From Thainema sp. (GTDB lineage Bacteria > Cyanobacteriota > Cyanobacteriia > Phormidesmidales > Phormidesmidaceae), in the NCBI GenBank assembly GCA_052168235.1, contig JBQLZK010000036.1:1-64000 (forward strand): a stretch of 64,000 nt of DNA, given 5' to 3'. Below are positions 20,726-31,053 of this stretch, in pieces (within the stretch, counting starts at the first letter, position 1; every line of letters starts with the position of its first letter). The position numbers and the translations under genes are program-made. The notes under the pieces were generated by a model. It made no database searches, was not told the origin of the DNA, and worked only from the letters and a program-made list of their open reading frames with translations.

Positions 20726-22279
20726 TTAGGCTTCCACCATTTCCTGCTTAGGATGAGCATCAAACTTTTCGATCAGTAAATCTCGGAGCAGAGGCTTCAA
20801 GTCCTCACAGGGAATCCCTTTCATCACACAGGTGCCAAGCTGAGCATCCTTGCCCACTTTGCCGCCCATGTAGATATCCACCGCTTCCACCGTCTTGCCG
20901 TCTTTGCGAGTCTTGGTTCCCATGAGGCCAATGTCAGCAACTTGAGGCTGACCGCAAGAGTTAGGGCAACCTGTCCAGTGAATGCGGACAGACTTGGGTA
21001 CATCCAGCTCCAGATCCAGCTCATGCACCAGCGCCAGCGCCCGATTTTTGGTTTCAATCAGGGCAAAGTTGCAGAACTGATTCCCTGTACAGGACACCAA
21101 AGCCCGTTCTAGAGCAGGTGGATCGATGGTGAAAACCTTGAGCAGTGGCTCTTTGAGCAAGTCCTCTAGTCGAGAATCTGGCACGTTAGGAACGATCAGA
21201 TTTTGCTCAACCGTGAGCCGAATCTCGCCATCGCCATAGACTTCTGCAATCCGCGCCAGCTCGAACATATCTTTGGCATAGAGCCGACCGATAGGCACGT
21301 GCAGCCCCACGTAGTTCAAGCCATCCTGCTTTTGCGGATAAACGCCGATATGATCCCGCTTTTCCCAAACGATTTCGTCTTTTTCAGCTTCCGGCTGGAG
21401 ATCTTGACCTAACTGCTGCTCAACCTCGGCCCGGAATTTATCCATGCCCCATTCGTCAATCAGCCACATCAGCCGCGCTTTTTGCCGATTCGAGCGCAAA
21501 CCGTTGTCGCGGTAAACTTCCAGAATGGCGCGGCTAAGGTCAACTACCTGATCCGGTGTTACCCAGGCATTGAGTGGCACCGCCGCTTCACACCGCTTAG
21601 CGGAGAAGAAGCCCCCCACTAAAACGTTGAAGCCAAAGGTGCCATCCTTGAAGGCCGGAACATAGGCGATGTCGTTGATTTCAGCGTGAACCGAATTATC
21701 CCGACAACCTGCGATCGCAATATTGAACTTACGCGGCAGGTTGGTAAACGCTGGGTTGCCTTCACCGCCGTTTGTGATCATGTCCTGCACTTGCTTGACC
21801 AGATCACGGGTATCCATCAGCTCATCGGCGTCAATGCCCGCCACAGGCGAACCTGTGATGTTGCGGACATTGTCCATGCCAGATTGAATGCTGGTTAGGC
21901 CAACCTGCTCAAAGCGGCGGAAAATATCCGGCACGTCCTCAATCCGAATGCCGCGCAGTTGGAGATTCTGCCGCGTGGTGATATCGGCATTACCGTCATC
22001 ACCGTAGCGTTGCACAATTTCCGCCAGCACCCGCATTTGAGCGCTGTTGATGATGCCACTGGGCATCCGCAGTCGCAGCATGAATTTGCCCGGAGTCACC
22101 GGACGGAAGAAAACGCCCAGCCATTTCAGCCGATGATCGCGATCGTCGGTATCAATCGCTTCCCAGCCGATCTGAGCAAAATGGTCAAGCTCTTGCTTAA
22201 CAGCCAGTCCATCCTTCTCAGCCTTAAACTTCTCGAATTTATTAAGCCCGGTTGTCGGTTTTGTGCCTACGTTGGTCAC
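20726..22279 (-). CDS. nirA: Ferredoxin-nitrite reductase
   Basis: TTRQNLQ, NLPRKFN, CTGNQFC and WTGCPNSCG siroheme/4Fe-4S ligands; GAGG RBS before GTG 22279. Confidence 0.97.
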   Translation of the reverse strand: MTNVGTKPTTGLNKFEKFKAEKDGLAVKQELDHFAQIGWEAIDTDDRDHRLKWLGVFFRPVTPGKFMLRLRMPSGIINSAQMRVLAEIVQRYGDDGNADITTRQNLQLRGIRIEDVPDIFRRFEQVGLTSIQSGMDNVRNITGSPVAGIDADELMDTRDLVKQVQDMITNGGEGNPAFTNLPRKFNIAIAGCRDNSVHAEINDIAYVPAFKDGTFGFNVLVGGFFSAKRCEAAVPLNAWVTPDQVVDLSRAILEVYRDNGLRSNRQKARLMWLIDEWGMDKFRAEVEQQLGQDLQPEAEKDEIVWEKRDHIGVYPQKQDGLNYVGLHVPIGRLYAKDMFELARIAEVYGDGEIRLTVEQNLIVPNVPDSRLEDLLKEPLLKVFTIDPPALERALVSCTGNQFCNFALIETKNRALALVHELDLELDVPKSVRIHWTGCPNSCGQPQVADIGLMGTKTRKDGKTVEAVDIYMGGKVGKDAQLGTCVMKGIPCEDLKPLLRDLLIEKFDAHPKQEMVEA

Positions 22280-22688
22280 GATACTAACCTCTATCCCTAC
22301 TGTTGGGCTTTGCTTCAAATACAAAACCTAGATTTCAAAAACCTAGTACGGTTAATTTTGGAGCTATTTTAAGCAATCAATTTTCTCATCAATGTTCAAT
22401 TTGAACGTCTAAATTCCACATTGCAACTGCCCCAGCACTTTGATTGAGAAATTCAAGAACTCAAGCCATTGCAACGTCAAACGATTACTCAAATGCTGCT
22501 CAACAAGCTTCCACATCTCAAAAAACAACTACGCAAAAAGTTGGGCTGGCTTTATTTAAATTCTTCCAAAGGAATGATTCTATTTTTAGTCACCAGCCTC
22601 AACACTTAGCTGTTGAAATCTACAAACGCAGGATAAAAATTTGAATAAATTGATCTCCTGAAGTTCTGTAGTAATGATGTCTGGAATC

Positions 22689-22782
22689 AAGTTATTCAAA
22701 AAGAAAGTTGCTTTTTGTAACTTCCACTACCGTTTTCGTTTTCTGTCGCTTTTTCCGCATAGGGCTTATGCGCAAACCGCAT
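22689..22782 (-). promoter_or_regulatory. NtcA/NtcB-dependent nirA operon promoter
   Basis: GTA-N8-TAC (22717-22730), 22 nt spacer, TAACTT -10 box (22694-22689); ATGCG-N5-CGCAT (AT-N11-AT) at 22768-22782. Confidence 0.85.
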
Positions 22783-23224
22783 TATGCGAGCAAATTCGGC
22801 GATACAAAGCAGGCTTAAATAGCCTGATTGTGGGCTTTTTAGCGATTTCCGATGCTGCTTAGGCAGCAGATGCGATCGCAAACTTATCGCTTCATCTAGC
22901 GTTCTGAGACAGTTTGAACCACATCAAGGGCAAATTCAGCACTTTTGTCCAATAAACAGCAATAATCCACTAAAACAACAAATTATGGACTTTTGAGGTT
23001 GACGTTTGAGATTCAGCTGAAATATACCTAGAGATCTGGAGAGCAACAGTTGATTGATTTAGGCTCAGCCCAACATCTGAAATCATGACATCGGATTAGT
23101 TTTCTTAATTCAACTGTTCAAGCTGACTTAATTCAAAGAAGCAGAAGATTTTAAAGTCGATGGCAAATTTTGTAACTCCACAAAATAATTAAATTGGCCC
23201 AAATGTATAGACAAGATGCAAAAG

Positions 23225-23243
23225 CTGAATGACTAGCATTCTC
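23225..23243. promoter_or_regulatory. Fur-box-like palindrome upstream of the ccsB-like gene
   Basis: Minus strand GAGAATGCTAGTCATTCAG, 13/19 match to the classical Fur box, inside a TGCAAAA...TTTTGCA inverted repeat. Confidence 0.35.
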
Positions 23244-23350
23244 TTTTTGCATTTCAGCCCGCAATTTTGCAACTTTAGTCACAGAAGAAAACAGAAACCG
23301 TATTCAACCTAAAGAAGAGAGTTGTAATTTGCACCACGCGATTTTTGCTT

Positions 23351-25186
23351 ATGGTTGCCTCGCTTCTTCGTTTCATGGGTTCAATCCGATTAGCCGTACC
23401 GCTGCTAGTTGCGATCGCAAGTATCCTAGTTTGGGCGACATTTTATGAAACCCAAGTCGGCTCAGCCACGGTGCAGCAGCAGATCTACAAAAGCCCGTGG
23501 TTTGGCGGACTGATGTTTCTGCTGGCCGTGAACCTAGGTATTTCGGCGCTGAGCCGCTATCCCTGGCGCGGTGCCCGCAAGGTCGGCTTTGCCCTGACCC
23601 ACATGGGATTGATTGTGCTGATTGCGGGATCGGCAGCGGTGATTCACCTGAGCGTAGAAGGGATGCTGCTGGTGCGCACCGACAGCCTAGCGAACAATCG
23701 AGTGCGGGTGGAAGGTGAACTGCTGGAAGTCGCATCACCAGGGCAACCGACCCAGCAAGCAACCATTTACATCAAGCCGGATCATTCGGTATCGCCCAAC
23801 CAGTTTGCGGGCTTCAAGCTGCTGAACTATCAGGAAAACACAATCAAATCGGTCAGCTTTACCAATGATGGCGAGGTGGAAAATCCAGCAGTGCGGTTGA
23901 GGTTGAACAGCGATCGCATGGGCCAAACCCTAGAGCGCTGGCTGGCGTTAGCGCCCAGTGGCTATCGACAAATGGAGATTGGCCCAGCCCAGTTGGAGAT
24001 GGTGCGAGTTGAGAATGAGGCGGAACTTCAGCAGTTACTCACAGCTCCGAAAGAGTCAGCGACTGGACAGTTTGGCGTTTTGAGCGTGAACAGTCCAACT
24101 GCGGCTCAAACGACCCAAACCATTGACGTGCAGCCATCACTCCAGCAATCTGTTCGCGTCGGCGATTTGCACATTAAGCTACTGGGCTTCTGGCCCGATT
24201 TTCGTCTCAATGGTCAAAACCAGCCTGCAACCGCATCTCAACAGTTGCAGAATCCGGCAGTTCAGCTTGAGATCAGCCAGGGTGAGACTCTAGAACGCTG
24301 GTATGTGTTTGCCAAACCTGACTTTGACCCCATTCGGACGCTGGTTTCCGGTGAATCCCTCGACGTGCAAATCAGTTACACGGTTGAACCGCAAGATCCA
24401 GCGGATTACTTTCGGGTGATTGTCGCACCAGATGAAACGCTGTATTATGCCGCGCGTTCCTCCAAAGGTTTCAAATCTGGTCAGCTCACTGTTGATCAAT
24501 CCGTCACGCCGGGCTGGGCCGATTTTCAGATTTCACTAGCGGACTCTTTAGACCACGCACAGGTAAATCGCCAAATTGTGCCCGTTCCGCCTGAATTTGC
24601 GGCAGGCAGTCCCGCCTTGCTCGTCGAATCACCCAGCGGCCAACAGCAGTGGCTACCCTGGGGCGAACCCACTGCGATCGCAACTCCTGATCAGGCTCAC
24701 GAATATTACGCGGCTTTCAGTCCCCGCATGTTGGAACTGCCGTTTGCGGTCAAGCTGGACGATTTCATTGTTGAACGCAACGAGGGCAGCGAATCCGTCG
24801 CCATGTGGACGAGCCAAATTCGCATCGACGATCCGCACAACGGTCGCGTTGAGCACCGCAATGTCTGGATGAATCATCCCTCGTGGTATCAGGGCTGGAA
24901 GATTGCTCAAGCGTCTTGGAATCCCGGTGACTTAGAACAATCTACCCTCCAGGTGAAACGGGAACCGCTTTGGGTGACGGTACTGACCTGGAGCGGTTCG
25001 GCCCTAGTGATTGGCGGGATTGCGGTGATGTTCTATGGGCCAGGGCTGATGAAGTCACGTAAATCTCGTAAGGAAGCGGTTAAGGGTGAGGATGTTGATG
25101 GTGCGATCGCAACTTCTGAACCGTCTCCTGAACAGACGCCCAACCCAACACCAGACAAATCCCCGGTTCTGGCAGGTCGAAATTAA
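23351..25186 (+). CDS. ResB/CcsB-like cytochrome c biogenesis protein (system II)
   Basis: 3 N-terminal TM (IYKSPWF; THMG His), large extracytoplasmic domain, MNHP, VKREP plus C-terminal TM. Confidence 0.85.
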   Translation: MVASLLRFMGSIRLAVPLLVAIASILVWATFYETQVGSATVQQQIYKSPWFGGLMFLLAVNLGISALSRYPWRGARKVGFALTHMGLIVLIAGSAAVIHLSVEGMLLVRTDSLANNRVRVEGELLEVASPGQPTQQATIYIKPDHSVSPNQFAGFKLLNYQENTIKSVSFTNDGEVENPAVRLRLNSDRMGQTLERWLALAPSGYRQMEIGPAQLEMVRVENEAELQQLLTAPKESATGQFGVLSVNSPTAAQTTQTIDVQPSLQQSVRVGDLHIKLLGFWPDFRLNGQNQPATASQQLQNPAVQLEISQGETLERWYVFAKPDFDPIRTLVSGESLDVQISYTVEPQDPADYFRVIVAPDETLYYAARSSKGFKSGQLTVDQSVTPGWADFQISLADSLDHAQVNRQIVPVPPEFAAGSPALLVESPSGQQQWLPWGEPTAIATPDQAHEYYAAFSPRMLELPFAVKLDDFIVERNEGSESVAMWTSQIRIDDPHNGRVEHRNVWMNHPSWYQGWKIAQASWNPGDLEQSTLQVKREPLWVTVLTWSGSALVIGGIAVMFYGPGLMKSRKSRKEAVKGEDVDGAIATSEPSPEQTPNPTPDKSPVLAGRN

Positions 25187-25271
25187 CGTTACGTAGGGGC
25201 AAATGGCCATTTGCCCCTACAGGTATCCACTCATTTCACATCAAACGCCATCAAGAGATCAACCCAAAATC

Positions 25272-27008
25272 ATGATGAAAGCGCTGAAATACTTCATTGG
25301 TCTTTGCCTGGGCATTTTGCTGATTGTGCTGCCGCTCAGCCAGTTTCAGCCCTCGCCGACAGACTCACTGCAAACGCTAGCCGTTCAGCTCGATGGCCGC
25401 AAAAAGCCGCTGGATACCGTCGCTCGTGAAACCGTCGCCAAGATTCACGGTTCCACCCACTACACCTTGAGTAGTGGGGAAAAGCTGGACTATCAGCAAG
25501 CGTACCTTTCCATGTGGTTCAACAACCGCGACTGGAACGACGAACCATTTGTCCTATTCAGCTATCGTCCATTGAAGGAAGCGCTGGGCTTGGATGTAGA
25601 ACGCAAATATTTCAGCTTCAAGGAACTGGCCTATTCCGGACTGGGTGAGGTCATCTTAACCGCCCGTCGCAAGCAGCTTGAGGACGAAGACCTAACCCGC
25701 GATCAGCGCGAGGCTCAGACGATTGAAGAGCGTTTAGACCTGATGCTGCGGACGGTCGGTACAGGCAACTTACCGCTGGTGCCCCATCCCAATGACATCA
25801 AGGGTAAATGGGTCAGCCTAGCCGAGGCCACCGAGTACTACTCACCGGAACAAGCGGCGGCCCTGCAAACCCAGTTTGATCAGCTCAAGCAGGTCTACAA
25901 CCTCAGCGATCGCAACACGGAAACCATTAACGAGATCGCATCGGCACTGCATCAAAATCTGGTAAATCTCAGCCCAGACGTTTACCCTGCACCGAGTATT
26001 CTCAAGCGAGAAGTGTTCTTCAGCGGCTTTCATCCCTTTGCTAAAGCTTGGATGCTCTATGCGATCGCATTTCTCGTCATGTTACTCGCGCTCTGGCTAA
26101 AGCCGCTGGATTTGTACTGGAGCGCCATTGGTATTTTCACTGCCGGGATCTTGGTGCAGAGCTACGGCTTTATTCTGCGGATGCAGGTGGCAGGTCGGCC
26201 CCCCGTGACCAATATGTATGAGTCGGTGATTTGGGTCGGCTTTGGCATTGCGGCGTTTGCCTTAATTTTTGAGTTCATCTATCGCGCTCGTTATTACCTA
26301 TTAGCCGCTGCGCCGCTGTCGGTGCTGTGTTTGATTTTGGCCGATAGCTTGCCCGCTGTGCTGGATCCGAGTATTGAACCGCTGGTGCCCGTGCTGCGCG
26401 ATAACTTCTGGCTGAGTGTCCACGTGCCGACGATTACGCTCAGCTACGCCAGTTTTGCGCTGGCAATGGGTTTGGGACATGTCACTCTGGGCAACTATTT
26501 ATTCACGCCCCAGGCCAAAGATCGAATTCGCAATTTGTCCCAGTTGAACTATCGCGTTTTGCAGGCTGGGGTACTCTTGCTGACAACCGGAATTATTCTG
26601 GGCGGCATTTGGGCGCACTTCTCCTGGGGGCGCTTCTGGGGCTGGGATCCAAAGGAAACCTGGGCGCTGATTGCGCTGCTCTGCTACCTGGCCCCGCTGC
26701 ACGGTCGGCTGGTGGGCTGGATCAGCAACTTTGGCATCACGGTAGCCAGCGTGGTTTCCTTCAATGCCGTATTGATGGCCTGGTATGGCGTCAATTTCGT
26801 CCTGGGCACCGGACTGCACAGCTACGGCTTCAGCACGGGCGGCTCAGAACTGATGATTGCCGGGATTGTCGGTCTCGACTTACTGTTCGTATTGGTTAGC
26901 GCGATTCGCTACAAGGGCTGGTTCAAAGCTGCCCCCGCTGCTGATCCTGAGTCACAACCAACAGTCAACATGAGTTCCTTAGCCTCAGATATTGCCGCTA
27001 AACATTAA
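25272..27008 (+). CDS. ccsA: CcsA/ResC-like cytochrome c synthase with extra N-terminal soluble domain
   Basis: WWD motif WGRFWGWDPKETW, PVTNMYES, His motifs SVHV, LHGR, GLHSYG. Confidence 0.9.
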   Translation: MMKALKYFIGLCLGILLIVLPLSQFQPSPTDSLQTLAVQLDGRKKPLDTVARETVAKIHGSTHYTLSSGEKLDYQQAYLSMWFNNRDWNDEPFVLFSYRPLKEALGLDVERKYFSFKELAYSGLGEVILTARRKQLEDEDLTRDQREAQTIEERLDLMLRTVGTGNLPLVPHPNDIKGKWVSLAEATEYYSPEQAAALQTQFDQLKQVYNLSDRNTETINEIASALHQNLVNLSPDVYPAPSILKREVFFSGFHPFAKAWMLYAIAFLVMLLALWLKPLDLYWSAIGIFTAGILVQSYGFILRMQVAGRPPVTNMYESVIWVGFGIAAFALIFEFIYRARYYLLAAAPLSVLCLILADSLPAVLDPSIEPLVPVLRDNFWLSVHVPTITLSYASFALAMGLGHVTLGNYLFTPQAKDRIRNLSQLNYRVLQAGVLLLTTGIILGGIWAHFSWGRFWGWDPKETWALIALLCYLAPLHGRLVGWISNFGITVASVVSFNAVLMAWYGVNFVLGTGLHSYGFSTGGSELMIAGIVGLDLLFVLVSAIRYKGWFKAAPAADPESQPTVNMSSLASDIAAKH

Positions 27009-27038
27009 GTTTCCACTTGAGTGAGGAGATAGCCATCA

Positions 27039-27509
27039 ATGGATCGACGCACATTTCTATCCTGGGTGGGTCTAGGCGCGATCGCAACTAGCTTACCGAT
27101 TGCGATCGCAGCTTGCACCCCACAAGCAGAAGAGGAAACCACCGCAGAAGCAGAAGCAGAAGCAGAACCCCAACTCGATTCAGCTCCCAGAGCAGACGGC
27201 TTCATAGCCATCGGCACCGTAGCGGAACTCGACGAAAAGGGATTTGTACGAGATATGGAGTCGGCCATGAGTCCCGCCATTGCGATCGCAGATCCGAGCG
27301 GATCGGGAATAATTGCCATGAACTCCATGTGTACCCATCAGGGCTGTTCCGTTGAATGGAGCGCTGAAGACCAGTTACTCAAATGTCCTTGCCACGGTTC
27401 CCAGTTCAACCCTGATGGCACAGTTGCTCAAGGCCCCGCCGCCGCACCGTTGGAGCGATACGAGGCCAAAGTCGAGGATGATCTGGTCTTGGTCAAATCG
27501 AGCACATAA
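27039..27509 (+). CDS. Small Rieske 2Fe-2S protein (PetC3-like) with Tat/lipoprotein signal
   Basis: MDRRTFL Tat motif, IAAC lipobox, CTHQGC and CPCHGSQF. Confidence 0.9.
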   Translation: MDRRTFLSWVGLGAIATSLPIAIAACTPQAEEETTAEAEAEAEPQLDSAPRADGFIAIGTVAELDEKGFVRDMESAMSPAIAIADPSGSGIIAMNSMCTHQGCSVEWSAEDQLLKCPCHGSQFNPDGTVAQGPAAAPLERYEAKVEDDLVLVKSST

Positions 27510-27580
27510 CGTCCTGATTTGTCATGTTTCTATCAAACGAATGGTATCGAGCCAGAGTTCATTTTTTATGATTTGCTCAG

Positions 27581-27671
27581 TACTCTGTAAATTTAAGTTT
27601 TGATGATTGATGTGCCGCGCGGAGCGCGGCACATCAATCATCAAAACCCATAAAACTTAGTTGACAGACTA
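27581..27671. mobile_element. 91-bp MITE (family M) flanked by CTCAG direct repeats
   Basis: Imperfect TIRs TACTCTGTAAA/TTGACAGACTA, long internal hairpin; inverted copy at 48468-48558. Confidence 0.8.
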
Positions 27672-27705
27672 CTCAGTTGGGATTGAATAATTTAGCGGTT
27701 CAGCT

Positions 27706-28632
27706 ATGGCTGTTTTTACGGTAGACCAAGTTTTAGATCAAATCCAGCAGGGGCTATCTCTGCAAAGAGCCGAGTTAAGCCATATCGACCTACGGGGCCA
27801 AACGCTCGACAATGCCCAGTTTCAGCGGGCATATATGCGGGCAGCCAATTTGTCCTACGCATCCTGTCGGCAGACCAATTTTCAAGCTGCCATTCTGAAT
27901 CGAGCGCAATTTACAAAAGCGATTTTAGACGGAGCGCAGTTTGACCAAGCCCAGCTCACTGCCGCCCAGCTCGATCAGGCGATGCTGCGCTACATCAAAG
28001 CGACAGGAGCCAAATTCCACAGTGCCATTCTGACCGGAGCCGATGCCACTGCGGCGCTGTTGAGCGAAGCCGATCTGGCTGAGATTGATGCGGTAGGACT
28101 CAATTTACAGGAAGCCATTTTATTTAAAGCCAATCTCAGTGCGGCCAACCTGCAAGAAGCCAACTTCGCTAAAGCTAAGGCCAGCGACGCGGTTTGGATT
28201 GATGCCGACCTGACCAAAGCCCAGTTTCCAGCGGCGATGCTGCAGCGATCGCGGTTTACCTATGCGTGCTTATACAAAGCCAACTTAGCGGAAGCCGATT
28301 TAATTGGAGCTGATTTGTGTCAGGCCAACCTGCGCCAGGGACTGCTCTGTGCAGCTATGTTCGACCATGCCAATCTGAGTCAAGCTACGCTGGCCGAGGC
28401 TAATCTGAGCCATGCCTCGCTGTTTAGTGCTGATTTGGAGGGCGCTGACCTATCGGATGCCGATCTTTCTGAAGTGAATCTACGCGATGCCAATCTAGAG
28501 GGTGCAATTCTCAAAAACGTCGATTTTTCGCGTAGCACAGTTCATGGAGCTATCTTTACCGAAGCTCAGGGCATTGCCGACGAACAGCGCGCGTTTCTGC
28601 GCCGCAATGGGGCACTAAATGTGCCCAAATAA
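27706..28632 (+). CDS. Pentapeptide repeat protein
   Basis: A(D/N)Lxx repeats throughout. Confidence 0.93.
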   Translation: MAVFTVDQVLDQIQQGLSLQRAELSHIDLRGQTLDNAQFQRAYMRAANLSYASCRQTNFQAAILNRAQFTKAILDGAQFDQAQLTAAQLDQAMLRYIKATGAKFHSAILTGADATAALLSEADLAEIDAVGLNLQEAILFKANLSAANLQEANFAKAKASDAVWIDADLTKAQFPAAMLQRSRFTYACLYKANLAEADLIGADLCQANLRQGLLCAAMFDHANLSQATLAEANLSHASLFSADLEGADLSDADLSEVNLRDANLEGAILKNVDFSRSTVHGAIFTEAQGIADEQRAFLRRNGALNVPK

Positions 28633-28652
28633 CTACTATCGAATAGTTGGCG

Positions 28653-28743
28653 GTAGCTTTTCCAGGCTAGTACTGCGTAAAATAACTGCTCAGGGCTTTT
28701 TCTCTTCAGCAGGGATATACCGCACCAGCTTGGAAAACACTAC
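28653..28743. repeat. Imperfect inverted-repeat element (MITE-like) at the 3' end of the AbiV-like gene
   Basis: TTTTCCAGGCTAGTAC...GCACCAGCTTGGAAAA bounded by GTAG/CTAC. Confidence 0.5.
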
Positions 28744-28746
28744 ATA

Positions 28747-29355
28747 TTACTTGAATAGTGCAGCAGAGCCGATTCGACCATTCATTACTTCTGCCGACTC
28801 AACAGCATGTATGACTTCCCAAACGGAGGCAATCATTGCTTCAGCTTCTTCAGCAGAAACCTGCTTTGAAGGTTGAAGAACTTGACCTTCTGAGAAACCG
28901 ACATAAAGCCCAGCTTTTCGCTTGTCAAACATGCCTTTTACAGCATTTTCATCATAATTGAGGGTCGGACTTGGATCTTCTGAGAAGTCAACCGGAAGTC
29001 CTGCCATTCGCTTATCGAATATTGATCTTGTAGCATCTGCATAGTCATCGCCGAAAGTAGCGACCCTATGATTGTAGGCAACCTTAAGATCATGGTTGCG
29101 AAATGCCTTGTTAAATTCTGCTAGAGACACTCGCTCATCAATGTAATCAGCTACAATTTGGGATTTACCCATTTCTTCGTAAGCGGTATAAGCCAAGCAG
29201 TATGCTCTAGCAAAAGCTCCATGATTGAGTAAGATTTCTGCTTCCTTCACCAACTGGTGAGCATTATCTTTGCACGCAAAATACAACTCAAAGCAGCTCT
29301 CTACAGAGAGTTTTAAGTTTTCGGTACTTTCGGACATTTTTTTCGTAGTTTTCAT
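28747..29355 (-). CDS. AbiV-family abortive infection protein (HEPN-like)
   Basis: NAxxLxxEAxxL...AxEExGK...FRNHDLK pattern; AT-rich, no HIP1. Confidence 0.8.
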   Translation of the reverse strand: MKTTKKMSESTENLKLSVESCFELYFACKDNAHQLVKEAEILLNHGAFARAYCLAYTAYEEMGKSQIVADYIDERVSLAEFNKAFRNHDLKVAYNHRVATFGDDYADATRSIFDKRMAGLPVDFSEDPSPTLNYDENAVKGMFDKRKAGLYVGFSEGQVLQPSKQVSAEEAEAMIASVWEVIHAVESAEVMNGRIGSAALFK

Positions 29356-29595
29356 AAAAATACGTTCTAAAAATTCGTATAAGCTCTATGTATCTAGAAT
29401 AACAACTATCTTGGGCCACCAAGAGGGCGGATATTACGCCATCGTGTAGATATTTGACAAATGAAATCTGAATTTCGGAAAATACAAGCGATTTCGGTTC
29501 TCACTACGCCTCAAGCTATTCAATTAAAAAACTGCTCATTCTACTAGACGTCATCAGAACAAGCAGTTTTAGGAAAGCCCAAAGTCGCAGAATTG

Positions 29596-30873
29596 CTAAT
29601 CCAAGTCGCCCAGCTTGCGACGAAACTTGAGCTGGCTGCGGTGATTGGCCACCGATTCCACCAGCCCTAAGGCAATAAAGTTCGTCAGCAGCGCCGATCG
29701 TCCGTAGCTCATCCAGGGCAGCGGAATTCCGGTTACAGGAGCCAAACCAATCGTCATGCTGATGTTGACGATCACCTGAAACATCAGCATCGATAAGACG
29801 CCGATTGCTAATAGTGAACCGAAATTATCCTTAGCGTTCTGAGCAATAATCACCAATCGGAGACAAATTAGCCAGAATATACAGATCAGTGCGATCGCAC
29901 CTATAAAACCCAGCTCTTCGCCCACTGCCGAGAAGATAAAGTCCGTATGCTGCTCTGGGATGAAGTTGAGCTGCGTTTGCGTTCCGTGATTGAGGCCTCG
30001 GCCCCAAAGCTGCCCTGCCCCAATGGCAATGCGAGACTGAATCAGGTGATAGCCCCCACCGAGGGGATCTTTAGCGGGATCAAGGAACAGAATCAGACGG
30101 TCTTTCTGGTAGTCATGCAAAATGCCCCAGAATACCTTACCCAAGCCACCGGACACCAGGTTTAAAACCGCCGCGCCGAGTGCGCCTAATAGTGGCCAAG
30201 GCAGGGTGCGCCAGCCAATCAGCATCATCAACGCTGTCCAGATAAACCAACCGGGCAGCAAGAGGCTAAATAAGAGGGCTGCGACAACGGGTGAAACCAT
30301 CAGCACAATCCAGCCCAGTTTAGCGTTGGCCCAGTAGAGCATCCCGAGCGTAATTGCCCCATACACCAGCGATGTCCCCAAATCGGGCTGCAAAAAAATT
30401 AAAATCCAAGGTACTGCGGTAACCAGCAGCGCATTGACAACTGCCGGAATGGTCGAAGCGGTACGCCGATGCAGCAGTGCGGCCAGCGTAATGATCAAGC
30501 CTAATTTGGCAAACTCTGACGGCTGGATTGTTAACCCACCAATCGAAATCCAGCGCTGTGCCCCTAAACCTACCGTTCCGATAATCATGACGGCGACCAG
30601 AGAGGCATTCACCGCGCCGTAGATTATCCAATACCACTGCAGTAAACCTTCGTAGCGACTGCGGGCGATCCACATCGCCAGAGCAAAGCCGATACCTCCT
30701 ATAAACCAGTGGCTATACCAATCCACCAGCCCATCTTGGAGTTCCGTACTGCGGATCATCAAGCCGCCGCCAACCGTTAGAACAATTGTCAACAGCATGA
30801 GCAGCCAGTCCATCTGTCGCCACGGACGGATGATGGCACGCCAGCTAAATCGCCGAATGGAATTTTGCAGCAT
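29596..30873 (-). CDS. rodA: Rod shape-determining protein RodA (SEDS family)
   Basis: GAQRWI, QPSEFAK, LQPDLGT, FIPEQHTDFIFS, TGIPLPWMSYG. Confidence 0.95.
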   Translation of the reverse strand: MLQNSIRRFSWRAIIRPWRQMDWLLMLLTIVLTVGGGLMIRSTELQDGLVDWYSHWFIGGIGFALAMWIARSRYEGLLQWYWIIYGAVNASLVAVMIIGTVGLGAQRWISIGGLTIQPSEFAKLGLIITLAALLHRRTASTIPAVVNALLVTAVPWILIFLQPDLGTSLVYGAITLGMLYWANAKLGWIVLMVSPVVAALLFSLLLPGWFIWTALMMLIGWRTLPWPLLGALGAAVLNLVSGGLGKVFWGILHDYQKDRLILFLDPAKDPLGGGYHLIQSRIAIGAGQLWGRGLNHGTQTQLNFIPEQHTDFIFSAVGEELGFIGAIALICIFWLICLRLVIIAQNAKDNFGSLLAIGVLSMLMFQVIVNISMTIGLAPVTGIPLPWMSYGRSALLTNFIALGLVESVANHRSQLKFRRKLGDLD

Positions 30874-31053
30874 ATACGTTCTTGGATGTGTTTCTAGAAG
30901 GTTTCCAGTGGGTGCGATCGCAACTATTCAATAAACGTTTGATTCATGATTAGCGTTCCGTAGGGGCGGTTTTGGCCGTCCAGTGATGGGATTCCATCAA
31001 AATTGGTCTATTAAACCCGCCCCTACACACAATACCTATTGTGTAGATCCCGC

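Noticed and set aside
23324..23337. NtcA site upstream of the ccsB-like gene
   Set aside because: GTA-N8-CAC is imperfect and too close to the start codon for a class II promoter
28633..29480. AbiV-like gene as an integron cassette
   Set aside because: An upstream GTTATTC exists, but the downstream inverted repeat lacks matching AAC/GTT core sites
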